NCBI GenBank assembly: GCA_001512745.1 | Contig: LFSM01000075.1 | Span: 3,727-67,726 of the forward strand | From: Clostridiales bacterium DTU032 | Lineage (GTDB): Bacteria; Bacillota; Clostridia; Saccharofermentanales; DTU023 | Direction: 5' to 3' | Length of the DNA: 64,000 nt | Part shown: positions 19,123 to 28,001 of the stretch, in pieces | Layout of the letters: each line of letters begins with the position of its first letter | Numbering within the stretch: position 1 is the first letter of the stretch | The notes under the pieces: model-generated | The model's input: the letters and a program-made list of their open reading frames with translations, nothing else | Databases searched by the model: none | Told to the model about the DNA's origin: nothing | Translations under genes and position numbers: made by a program

Positions 19123-21123
19123 TTATTGACTTTGGTCAACCAATTTAACACCTAATATATTTCGGTAAATTGCCATTGTGTCATGTGAGTTTACTTTGCC
19201 ATCTCCAGTTACATCCATCGCGAGCTTCTCTAGTGATGAAGGGTTTGTTATGCCAAGTATGTATCTGTAAACAGCCATAGTATCATGTGAATTTATCAGA
19301 CCATCACCGCTGGCATCGCCATATATCAGCAGATAATAATCTAAAGTGGATTCTTTCTCGTCCTTATAAAACAGTGATAGTTTCGCCCCGGTACCGACAA
19401 CACCAGAAGTTACAGTCTTGCCATCTACTGAGATTTGCAGTCTGTATCCCTCCGGCACTTGCAGCTTATCTGTTAAATACTCAACAGTATTTTTTCCCTG
19501 CTGAGGATCTGCATTACTCACATAGGGCGACTTTACCTTGAGTGTGCTGCTGCTCAGGCTTGCCTCAGGCTTGTCCGCAGAATCTCCTGGCTCTCCTGAC
19601 CTGGTAACGGTCAGATAATAATCTCTCACATCACCACGTTCTGATACAGCCTGTACTTTGATGGTGTTCTTGCCGTGCTCCAACTTGTATACACCGCGGC
19701 CATTTATACTGCAGGAAGAGAGGTAGGCGCTGGCATTTACGGTGAAGCTCTCTACACCTTCAGCAACCGTAACGGTATAACTGTTGACTTCAGGATTAAA
19801 GGCAGGCTTCAAAATCCCTGAAGATACCGTGATACTTTGCAGCCAATTGTTGCGACTGCGATTATCTGTAGGAAAGGAAACTTTTTCAGCAGGCATCTCT
19901 GCCAGCACAGGAATGATAAATTCGTGAGCTTTATTTAACTGGCCGAGTTTCTGATATGCATCATAGACATTCCCGCCCTCGACAGCAGGTGCAATAACAT
20001 TGCCCATATATTGATGCCACCAGGGTCCATAAGTATGATTATAATCTATGTTCCATTTTTGATAATATTGGGTATTTTGCCCGGCGTTAATGTATCCTTC
20101 GCTGATCCAGCGGGCCCCGCCTACTATCGCCAAATAAGGATTTGTCCAGGGTAAGAGATACAGGCTCTTTTCTGCAGATGTTAGACTGCCGTTTACGCCT
20201 GCTGACCCATATTTTGCGTATTGCAGACCATTAAGGATAGGTGTTGTACCTGAGTAGGCAGCAATATTGTAAAAGTTGTAAATGTTTTCATAGCCTGAAA
20301 CTGTACCACTAACAGAGGCTGAACCTTGGGGCCCGACTTCCTGAATTATTCTCTTGGCCAGAAATACGGGATTAGCATTACTCCATTCCGCCGCCTTAAC
20401 AAAAATATCAGGATATTTCATATTGGAGGACTTTCCGTACTGATCTACAATCGAAATGGTCGGACCGTCAGCCATAAATGTTCCGCTCAGGCTTTGAGCA
20501 ATTTCTGCACGGGTATGGATCTGAGGATTATAAGATAAATTTTCAAATTGAAAGATATCTCTTTCACTAAGGAAATTCCGCGGGTCTAGATAGTAGGCGA
20601 TAATTTCCGGGCTGGCATAGTAAAACCCGGCATCAGAAGCATACCAACTGTTTGTTTTGTAGTTATAGGCACCCTTGTCAAAAGATCGCTGGGCTATGGA
20701 ATATGAGTTTGGAACAGAGTTCTTCCGCTCCAGACTGCTTTCATATGCCATAACTGTACTCCAGGTCATAGCTGTACCATTAGCATTTACCGGATGGGAT
20801 GCTGTAAATTTCCAGTCAGGATATTTTTCATGCAGTATTCTTAAAGCGGGGCGATATGATTCGGGAAAAGCTTGCTCATCAAGATATGTTTCAAAATCAT
20901 CATTATAAGCAGCCGCCTCATTTTTGCCGGAAAGGGCATCTGCTAAAAAGAAGGCAGCAAAGGCCAAGAGCAATAGAATCAAGCAAAGCGGCAGGATATA
21001 AATGCGTGCAAAAAAAGGAAAGACCGGACGTTTCTGATCACGAAACTTCATCACACTATCAACTTTGTGATATTTCAAAGTCCGTCTCCTTCCCAATGCA
21101 ACTTTCACCCGATTCGCAAGCAA
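19123..21123 (-). CDS. Membrane-anchored GH73 (glucosaminidase-type) peptidoglycan hydrolase with a cadherin-like beta-sandwich domain and a C-terminal dockerin
   Basis: The N-terminal anchor is IYILPLCLILLLLAFAAFFL. The GH73-like core includes FLAKRIIQEVGPQGSASVSG...YNFYNIAAY...QYYQKWNI. WLQSITVSSGILKPAFNPEVNSYTVTV is cadherin-like. The start is uncertain: TTG 21123, TTG 21078 after GGAGA, or ATG 21051. Confidence 0.75.
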   Translation of the reverse strand: MLANRVKVALGRRRTLKYHKVDSVMKFRDQKRPVFPFFARIYILPLCLILLLLAFAAFFLADALSGKNEAAAYNDDFETYLDEQAFPESYRPALRILHEKYPDWKFTASHPVNANGTAMTWSTVMAYESSLERKNSVPNSYSIAQRSFDKGAYNYKTNSWYASDAGFYYASPEIIAYYLDPRNFLSERDIFQFENLSYNPQIHTRAEIAQSLSGTFMADGPTISIVDQYGKSSNMKYPDIFVKAAEWSNANPVFLAKRIIQEVGPQGSASVSGTVSGYENIYNFYNIAAYSGTTPILNGLQYAKYGSAGVNGSLTSAEKSLYLLPWTNPYLAIVGGARWISEGYINAGQNTQYYQKWNIDYNHTYGPWWHQYMGNVIAPAVEGGNVYDAYQKLGQLNKAHEFIIPVLAEMPAEKVSFPTDNRSRNNWLQSITVSSGILKPAFNPEVNSYTVTVAEGVESFTVNASAYLSSCSINGRGVYKLEHGKNTIKVQAVSERGDVRDYYLTVTRSGEPGDSADKPEASLSSSTLKVKSPYVSNADPQQGKNTVEYLTDKLQVPEGYRLQISVDGKTVTSGVVGTGAKLSLFYKDEKESTLDYYLLIYGDASGDGLINSHDTMAVYRYILGITNPSSLEKLAMDVTGDGKVNSHDTMAIYRNILGVKLVDQSQ
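19150..19320 (-). other. Type-I dockerin module (two Ca-binding repeats)
   Basis: GDASGDGLINSHDTMAVYRYILG ...12 aa... DVTGDGKVNSHDTMAIYRNILG. Both segments fit D-x-[NDS]-x-D-G-x-[IV]-N-x-x-D plus a helix, which is the canonical duplicated dockerin repeat. Confidence 0.8.
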
Positions 21124-21291
21124 AAATCATCGGGTCAATAATTCATGCATGCATAAACATTGGCATTTTGACACGAAATATTAGTGATACTAATTTTAGC
21201 ATAATGCGGTTAAACCGTTGCAATGCAGCGGTTTGAAAGACTTATTGTCAACTCGATTTAAGCTCTATGTCATATACAAGTAATAAATAAA

Positions 21292-21894
21292 TCATAAAGC
21301 GCTTAATTCATCCAAAGAAGCAGAATATGCCTGGAGCGCATGGTCGGTAAACCAACGCACTTCAGGCAGGTCAAGGCTCATCAGGCGCAGCTTTATATCC
21401 TCATAAGCACTAATAAATTCCTTATTCCCGACCTTAAGCTCATCCAGGCATTTAATACAGGCAGAAAAGCGATCCGCCGCTTTAACAAGTTTTAAGGCCT
21501 CGCGCGTAACTTCGTCATCAGCAGGAATAAGGTACTTTTCGTAAAGAGCCTGCAACTCATCCGGCAACATGCGCAAAAGTTTTTTAGATGCCTCTTCCTC
21601 TATCGCTTTGTATGTGTTTTGCATCGGGTCATTGTGATACTTGATCGGTGAAGGCATATCTCCGGTCAGTATCTCCGAAGCATCATGATAAAGAGCCAGG
21701 ACAGCAACATAATCAGGATCAGGACAGATTCTTCCCTCAGAAAACTTGTTTTTACGCAAAATGGCCAAGGCATGTGCAATAATAGCAACTTCGTGTGAGT
21801 GCTCCTGCACATTTTCACTTTCCGTATTGCGCATAAGCCCCCAACGTTGGATAAATTTGAGTCGGTGCATCATAGCAAAGAAAGATGTAGTCAT
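21292..21894 (-). CDS. YfbR-like HD-domain 5'-deoxynucleotidase
   Basis: RLKFIQRWGLMRNTESENVQEHSHEVAIIAHALA and ALYHDASEILTGDMPSPIK are present. The start is moved to ATG 21894 (AAGGAGA SD). Confidence 0.8.
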   Translation of the reverse strand: MTTSFFAMMHRLKFIQRWGLMRNTESENVQEHSHEVAIIAHALAILRKNKFSEGRICPDPDYVAVLALYHDASEILTGDMPSPIKYHNDPMQNTYKAIEEEASKKLLRMLPDELQALYEKYLIPADDEVTREALKLVKAADRFSACIKCLDELKVGNKEFISAYEDIKLRLMSLDLPEVRWFTDHALQAYSASLDELSAL

Positions 21895-21907
21895 GACGGT
21901 TTTCTCC

Positions 21908-23074
21908 TTATACCTGATAAATAGCCGAAAAAACCCGGCGCGCATATGAATCTGTCATTCCGGCGATATAATCCACAATCTTGCGCACAGGCGAAGCAGT
22001 GAATTCCGGATGCTGGCTGTAAAACTCAAAGAATTTCTGGCTGTTTTCATCGTACCTGTCCTGAGGCATTGTGCGTGACAGCTTGAGAAAATGTTCAAAG
22101 AGTCCTTCAATAATATTTCGTGCTTCACGTTCAAAGCGACGGACTTTAGTCGCATTGTAAATCCGAGTTGCATTAATTTCTGTAAGTTCTTTGAGCGCAG
22201 CCCCGATCTCCGGCGACAAGCAAATTGCATCCTGGCCCCAACTGCTGCTTATCACATCCTGAACTAATGTGTTAACTATGGCACTGTTGTTATCACCCAA
22301 AGTAACACGCAGGTTGGCAGGCAGCTCGGCAAAGGACATTAAATTTGATCGCGCCGCATCTTCAATATCACGCCCGACATAAGAGATACGGTCACAAAGT
22401 CTGACTACACAAGCTTCCAGAGTAGCAGGCATGGTCTGCCCTGCTTTTGTATTCAGAAGATCTATTTCTGTTTTATTGCGGTCAGGACGCAACAAATACT
22501 CAGAATACATTTCACCGCAATGTGATGCGATACCATCGCGAACCTCAAAACTTAGGTTAAGACCGTGCTTTCCATTATTATCAGTTAATAAATCAACCAC
22601 ACGAAGACTATGTAACTCATGTTGAAAACTAAACTCAGCGCCATGCTGCCCTATCAATTCATTGAGGACAGTTTCACCTGAGTGCCCAAAGGGAGCATGC
22701 CCGAGATCGTGCCCCATAGCTATAGCGCGGATCAGATGAGTGTTTAAGTTAAGAGCGCTGCCAATCACTTCCGCCAGATAGCTGACGTAAAGTACATGCT
22801 CCATGCGTGTACAGACATGGTCATTTTGTGGGCTGAAAAACACCTGCGTTTTGTGGCGCAAACGTCGGAATGGCAAGGAATAGAGGATACGACCGGTATC
22901 ACGTTCAAAAAGTGTGCGTACCTTACATTCTTCTTCCTGCTTCACACGGCCACGGCTCTGAGCTGAAAGCTGAGCAAAAGAAGAAAGGGTCTGCTCTTCA
23001 TTATGCTCTTTAATCTCTCGCGGTGTGATTGCTCTTTTTTCATTATCAAAAAATGACTTTTGTTTCTCACTCAT
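21908..23074 (-). CDS. dgt: dGTPase-like deoxynucleoside triphosphate triphosphohydrolase (HD domain)
   Basis: RLRHKTQVF..., TRMEHVLYVS and MGHDLGHAPFGHSGE are dGTPase-family motifs. The start is moved to ATG 23074 (AAAGGAA SD). Confidence 0.8.
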   Translation of the reverse strand: MSEKQKSFFDNEKRAITPREIKEHNEEQTLSSFAQLSAQSRGRVKQEEECKVRTLFERDTGRILYSLPFRRLRHKTQVFFSPQNDHVCTRMEHVLYVSYLAEVIGSALNLNTHLIRAIAMGHDLGHAPFGHSGETVLNELIGQHGAEFSFQHELHSLRVVDLLTDNNGKHGLNLSFEVRDGIASHCGEMYSEYLLRPDRNKTEIDLLNTKAGQTMPATLEACVVRLCDRISYVGRDIEDAARSNLMSFAELPANLRVTLGDNNSAIVNTLVQDVISSSWGQDAICLSPEIGAALKELTEINATRIYNATKVRRFEREARNIIEGLFEHFLKLSRTMPQDRYDENSQKFFEFYSQHPEFTASPVRKIVDYIAGMTDSYARRVFSAIYQV

Positions 23075-23122
23075 ATCAAAATTCCTTTTATGAATGCAAG
23101 CTTCAGAAAGCTGCACGCAAGC

Positions 23123-25501
23123 TTATTCCTTGGTAAGGAAAGATTGACTTGCCATGAATCTTTTTATTACGCCATCGAAATCTATAGTTAAAATTGCATC
23201 CCCTGCGACCAGGTTGATCTTTATGATTTCCCCTACTCCCAGGTTTGCATGCCGGACTTTATCGCCTTTTGCAAGGGCGTTGGGATCTAATCCACCGGTT
23301 TTCTTTGAGCTTTTCTCTATACGCTCAGTGAAAGCGGCACCGAGAGTAGTTGCAAATAAATTGCGGTCTGCCCTCACTCTGGCGGCAGAGGAGAAATCTC
23401 GTAGTTCTACAGCACTACCTCGTCTTTGCAGAAGATCTTCCGGAATAGATTCAATGAAGCGAGAAGGTGGATTATACTGGGTTGAACCGAACAGAAGACG
23501 ATTGCTTGCTGTTGTGATCAACAGCTCTTGCTTGGCCCGTGTGACTGCAACATAGGCAAGCCGGCGCTCTTCTTCCATCCCGTCGGGACTTTCGTAACTG
23601 CGTGAACTGGGGAAAATACCCTCTTCTGCTCCTACCAGATAAACAACATCGAACTCAAGTCCTTTTGCACTATGAATAGTCATCAGGCTGACCAGTGCTT
23701 CTTCATCTTCTGTATCCTGATCCGTGTATAATGCGGTGCGTTCGAGAAAACTCTGAAGGATTGTTAAAGGAGTAAGTTCCTGTTTTTCTTCCTCATAGAA
23801 AGGATCATCAAAAGCTCCTTCTTCATTTTCGCGCAGAAGATTAGCCTCAAATTCCAGAGCATCAGACAAAAGTTCCTGCAGGTTTTCCAAGCGTGAAGGA
23901 GCTTCAGCATTACCGCGTTCTGCTTCTTCTTCTAAAGCAGCAACCATACCGGAGCGATGTTCAACTAAACGTACGAAGTCAGCCAGAGTCATATTATCCT
24001 CTGCCTGCTCCAGCTTCGCTCTCAAACCATCGATCAGCTGTGCAAATCCGGCCACACGTCCGGCAACTCGCGATAAGTCCTCGTAGGCGCCGGCCTTGCG
24101 TGAAATGTCCAGCATGCTGACCATATTCTCACCAGCCAGGGCATTAATGCGCTCGATAGTAACTTCACCGATGCCACGTCGCGGCACCTGGACTGCACGG
24201 CGGAAAGCCACATCGTCATCTGGAGTCATGATCAATCTTAAATAGGCGGTCACATCTTTTATTTCACGTCTGTCATAGAAGCGGGTACCGCCGTAAATAT
24301 GGTAGTTAATATTGCTTTCACGCAAGGCATATTCAATATTTCTTGAGAGGGCATTCATCCTGTAAAGCACGGCAAAGGACAGATCGTCAGGCTTATTTTC
24401 AGCTTCCAGTCTTCTGGCGATATCGCGGGCGACAAAGCGGGCTTCATCAAAATGATCTTCAGCGCGATAAAGTAAAATCGCTTCGCCACCTTCAATGGCT
24501 GTCCAGAGCCTTTTGTGTTTGCGCGCAGTATTTTCCTGAATAATATTATTTGCTGCCGCCAGAATAACGGAAGTAGAACGATAGTTTTGCTCCAGCCGTA
24601 TAACCGTTGCATTGGGAAAATCCTTTTCAAAATCCAGGATATTTTGTACATCCGCGCCCCGGAAAGAGTAGATGGACTGGTCATCATCTCCGACGACACA
24701 GAGATTTTTGTGCTGGTCTGAAAGCTGCAGCACCAGGTCATACTGTACTCTGTTTGTATCCTGATACTCATCAACCAGAATATAGCGGAACTGATGCTGG
24801 TACTGAGCCAGAATCTGCGGCTGCTCGGAAAAGAGCCGCAATGTCTGCAGAAGAATATCATCAAAATCCATTGCGTTGCGCTCAAACAAAGCTTTCTGGT
24901 ATTTCTCGTAGATCTTAGCCAGTTCCTCAGTCATATATGAAGAGCGGCTTCTTCTAACTTCAGACGGCTTCATGCCTTTATTTTTGAAATTGCCCACTTT
25001 GTTCAGAGCTTCGCGCGGTGTTAGTGTCCGTTTAGATATATTCAGTTCTTCCAGCACATCCCGCATGACCCGCTCCTGATCACTGCTATCGAAAATAGCG
25101 AATTGAGAACGATAGCCGAGCATTTCAGCATGACGGCGCAAAATGCGCAGCATCATGGAGTGAAAGGTCCCGATCCAGGCTCCGCGCGCGGAAATACCGA
25201 TTAAATCGGAGATGCGCTCTTTCATCTCGTTGGCTGCCTTATTAGTAAAAGTAATTGCCAATATTTGCGCCGGATGCACATTCTTGTGCTGTACAAGCCA
25301 GGCAACCCGACTGGTTATCACTCGTGTTTTGCCTGAACCTGCTCCAGCCAAAACCAGAAGGGGACCTTCGGTTGTAAGAACAGCGCGCCGCTGTTCAGGA
25401 TTGAGATTAGCCAGTAAAGCCTTGTCACAAGTGTTAACTTCACTAGCGTCAGCGGGCGCTGTATTTTGATTTATTAAAGGGTTATTTTGCTGTGATTGCA
25501 C
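23123..25501 (-). CDS. pcrA: ATP-dependent DNA helicase PcrA/UvrD
   Basis: LNPEQRRAV, Walker A AGAGSGKTRVIT, VDEYQDTN and VTRAKQELL are present. It uses a GTG start directly after the hpf stop. Confidence 0.92.
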   Translation of the reverse strand: MQSQQNNPLINQNTAPADASEVNTCDKALLANLNPEQRRAVLTTEGPLLVLAGAGSGKTRVITSRVAWLVQHKNVHPAQILAITFTNKAANEMKERISDLIGISARGAWIGTFHSMMLRILRRHAEMLGYRSQFAIFDSSDQERVMRDVLEELNISKRTLTPREALNKVGNFKNKGMKPSEVRRSRSSYMTEELAKIYEKYQKALFERNAMDFDDILLQTLRLFSEQPQILAQYQHQFRYILVDEYQDTNRVQYDLVLQLSDQHKNLCVVGDDDQSIYSFRGADVQNILDFEKDFPNATVIRLEQNYRSTSVILAAANNIIQENTARKHKRLWTAIEGGEAILLYRAEDHFDEARFVARDIARRLEAENKPDDLSFAVLYRMNALSRNIEYALRESNINYHIYGGTRFYDRREIKDVTAYLRLIMTPDDDVAFRRAVQVPRRGIGEVTIERINALAGENMVSMLDISRKAGAYEDLSRVAGRVAGFAQLIDGLRAKLEQAEDNMTLADFVRLVEHRSGMVAALEEEAERGNAEAPSRLENLQELLSDALEFEANLLRENEEGAFDDPFYEEEKQELTPLTILQSFLERTALYTDQDTEDEEALVSLMTIHSAKGLEFDVVYLVGAEEGIFPSSRSYESPDGMEEERRLAYVAVTRAKQELLITTASNRLLFGSTQYNPPSRFIESIPEDLLQRRGSAVELRDFSSAARVRADRNLFATTLGAAFTERIEKSSKKTGGLDPNALAKGDKVRHANLGVGEIIKINLVAGDAILTIDFDGVIKRFMASQSFLTKE

Positions 25502-26044
25502 TTAATACTCCGGTTCAATAAGACCGTAGTTGCCATCGTTACGTTTGTAAATCAGGGCAACTTTATTATTCTCTTCACTAAGGAAAAGTAAGAAAGAGTG
25601 TCCCAGCATTTCCATCTGAATAATAGCCTCGTCCGGCGTCATTGGATCAATCTGGAAACTCTTGCGACGGATGATATCCATCTCCATCTCAGGTTCATCA
25701 TCGGGAACTGAGAATGTTTCATTGGCGAAAAAGTCTCTCATGTAAGCGTATTCTTTCTTCTGCTTTTTCATTCGAGATTTTTGTTTACGTATCTGGCGCT
25801 CCAGCTTGTTGATAGCCTGCTCTACAGCAGAAATTGAATCGGGGGCATCTGCTTCCGCACGATAATAGTGTCTGCGGATCTTGATGGTCATCTCTGCACG
25901 CACCTGATCACCCTCGGGTTGAATCATTACATCTGCACGCGCCTCATCGCCGAAATAGCGAGAGAACTTTTCCAACTTCCTTTCAATCTTTTCTTTTTGT
26001 TGTTCACTGACACGAATATCTTTGCCTAAAATCTCTATATGCAT
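25502..26044 (-). CDS. hpf: Ribosome hibernation promoting factor (long form)
   Basis: An S30AE domain is followed by the C-terminal dimerisation domain (...MEMLGHSFLLFLSEENNKVALIYKRNDGNYGLIEP). The ATG at 26044 has AAAGGAG 8 nt upstream, whereas the track start 26050 is GTG. Confidence 0.88.
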   Translation of the reverse strand: MHIEILGKDIRVSEQQKEKIERKLEKFSRYFGDEARADVMIQPEGDQVRAEMTIKIRRHYYRAEADAPDSISAVEQAINKLERQIRKQKSRMKKQKKEYAYMRDFFANETFSVPDDEPEMEMDIIRRKSFQIDPMTPDEAIIQMEMLGHSFLLFLSEENNKVALIYKRNDGNYGLIEPEY

Positions 26045-26259
26045 TTGCACTGCTCCTTTCGCTTTCCAAGTGAATGGATGCTCTTTACTTAGCTATATTA
26101 TAACAGTTTATCCCGGTCCGGATACCTATCATCTAACTATAATCAGCATAAACAAAAAAGAAAAATAATTTCTATTTTTAATAGTCAAAATGTGTCAATA
26201 CAATCAGTTTTTTAATGTTAATATCTATTCTTAGAGAGGTAAAGACTAAGGAGGCACTA

Positions 26260-27924
26260 ATGAAGAAGGAAAATCAATCAGCTTTATTTCCTAATTTCAC
26301 CGTCAGAGCACTGGTTTTGGCGATATTCGGCTCTATTCTCATGACTGCGTCATCTATGTATGTTGCCTTGCGAATGAGTGCCTTGCCTTGGCCCACTATA
26401 TTTGTTGCGGTATTGTCACTGACCTTGATGCGCCTGTTCAAGAGTAATAACTTGAAGGAAGTTAACGTCGCTTCCACCGGTATGTCTGCCGGTGCAATGG
26501 TGGCCGGAGGTCTGGCCTTTACCATTCCCGGTTTGTTTATGAGTGGTGTTTGGACAATTCCGGAAGAAGCAAGTGATAACTCCCTCCTGGGACGCTATGG
26601 CTGGACAATATTTATTGTCGCCCTGTCCGGGGTTGTACTTGGCACTTTACTCTGTGCACTTTACAGAAAACGCACCATTGATCAATTGAAGCTTCCTTAT
26701 CCGATCGGTCAGGCTTCGGCAGAAACCTTGAAAGCCGGTCACGAAGGCGGCAGCAGGGCCCGGGTTTTGTTCAGCGCTCTTATTATCGCTGGTCTCTTTG
26801 TCTTGCTGCGAGACCGTTTTCAGTTCATTCCTGGCCTGGCTGCCTTTTCTCTGGCAGGTGTAAGCATAGCCTTTCAGCTTTCACCCATGGCCATCGGAAT
26901 TGGCAGCCTGATTGGTTTCAAATCGACCGCTCTTTGGTTAGGCGGTGCAGCCATTGGAGCTATCGCTATCAACCGCATTGGAGTCAGCCTGAATTGGTTT
27001 GCCTCAGCTGCTGAAGCAGCATCCTTTATCCAGATAGCGTCCATCGGTCTAATGGTTGGCTCCGGCCTGGCTACTCTGCTGGTCTCTTTGATTGGCAGCT
27101 GGCGCAGCAGAAAGACTCAGGAAAGCGCAAGCGGGGACATAGTCGAAACTGAGCGTGGTATCAGCCGGATCCGCAAAAAGTCGTCCTTGCCGCTGGGACT
27201 GCTTGCTGTTGTAGTCGCCTTTGTTCTGTCAATATTGCTGGGACTATCTGTAGCCGTTTCTTTACTGCTTTTAGTGGGAGTTTTTCTGGCCAGCGCCATG
27301 TCAACTATCATTACAGGAGAAACCGGCCTCAATCCCATGGAGATTTTCGGCATCCTTGTCCTGCTGGCCATTCGCCTCTTCGTGCCCCTGACGCCTGAAC
27401 ATGCCTTCCTGATTGCCGCCATCGTAGCAGTAGCCTGTGGTTATGCCGGTGACATGATGAATGACTTCAAAACCGGATCTATGCTGGGGACAGCGCCATC
27501 TTCACAGCTGCTCATCGAGTTCATCGGCGGCTTCTTTGGCGCTATTACCGCAACCCTGGCTTTTGTGGCTTTAGCATCAGGCTATGGTGGTTTCGGCCCT
27601 GAATTTGGATTGCCGGCTGCGCAGGCCCAGAGTGTTACAGCAATGATCGCAGGCATAGGCAATCCGCTGGTTTTTATTATTGCGGCAGTAATTGGAATAA
27701 TCCTGGTATTGCTGAAGATTCCGGCAACCATCATCGGTATCGGCCTGTTGCTCACCGGTGCCGGTCTGGCAATCCCAATCTTCGCCGGTGGAGTGTTGGA
27801 ACTGATTATTCGTAAGAAAAAGAGCGATAAAGAGGGTCCCTTGCAGCTAATTGCAGCAGGTTTGCTTGGTGGCGAAGGTATAACCGGTACGATACTTGCT
27901 ATTGTGGCTATGTTTGCCAGATAA
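26260..27924 (+). CDS. OPT-family oligopeptide transporter
   Basis: The product is polytopic with more than 14 TM helices and is rich in G/A/L/I. The N-terminus FTVRALVLAIFGSILMTASSMYVALRMS is OPT-like. The start is at ATG 26260, directly after TAAGGAGG. Confidence 0.75.
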   Translation: MKKENQSALFPNFTVRALVLAIFGSILMTASSMYVALRMSALPWPTIFVAVLSLTLMRLFKSNNLKEVNVASTGMSAGAMVAGGLAFTIPGLFMSGVWTIPEEASDNSLLGRYGWTIFIVALSGVVLGTLLCALYRKRTIDQLKLPYPIGQASAETLKAGHEGGSRARVLFSALIIAGLFVLLRDRFQFIPGLAAFSLAGVSIAFQLSPMAIGIGSLIGFKSTALWLGGAAIGAIAINRIGVSLNWFASAAEAASFIQIASIGLMVGSGLATLLVSLIGSWRSRKTQESASGDIVETERGISRIRKKSSLPLGLLAVVVAFVLSILLGLSVAVSLLLLVGVFLASAMSTIITGETGLNPMEIFGILVLLAIRLFVPLTPEHAFLIAAIVAVACGYAGDMMNDFKTGSMLGTAPSSQLLIEFIGGFFGAITATLAFVALASGYGGFGPEFGLPAAQAQSVTAMIAGIGNPLVFIIAAVIGIILVLLKIPATIIGIGLLLTGAGLAIPIFAGGVLELIIRKKKSDKEGPLQLIAAGLLGGEGITGTILAIVAMFAR

Positions 27925-27950
27925 AAAATGTAAGATTACAGCTGATAGTT

Positions 27951-27984
27951 TAAAAGCCGCCTGTCCCGGGACAGGCGGCTTTTC
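27951..27984. terminator. Bidirectional rho-independent terminator
   Basis: AAAAGCCGCCTGTCCCGGGACAGGCGGCTTTT is a GC-rich perfect palindrome flanked by an A-run and a T-run. It lies between convergent genes. Confidence 0.85.
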
Positions 27985-28001
27985 TCCATAAAGGGTATCT
28001 C

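Noticed and set aside
21908-23074. The dGTPase-like gene as an anti-phage dNTP-depletion defence gene.
   Set aside because: It is embedded in a housekeeping hpf-pcrA operon. It has no neighbouring defence genes, mobile-element genes or evident compositional break that I could see. A housekeeping dNTP-pool role is more parsimonious.
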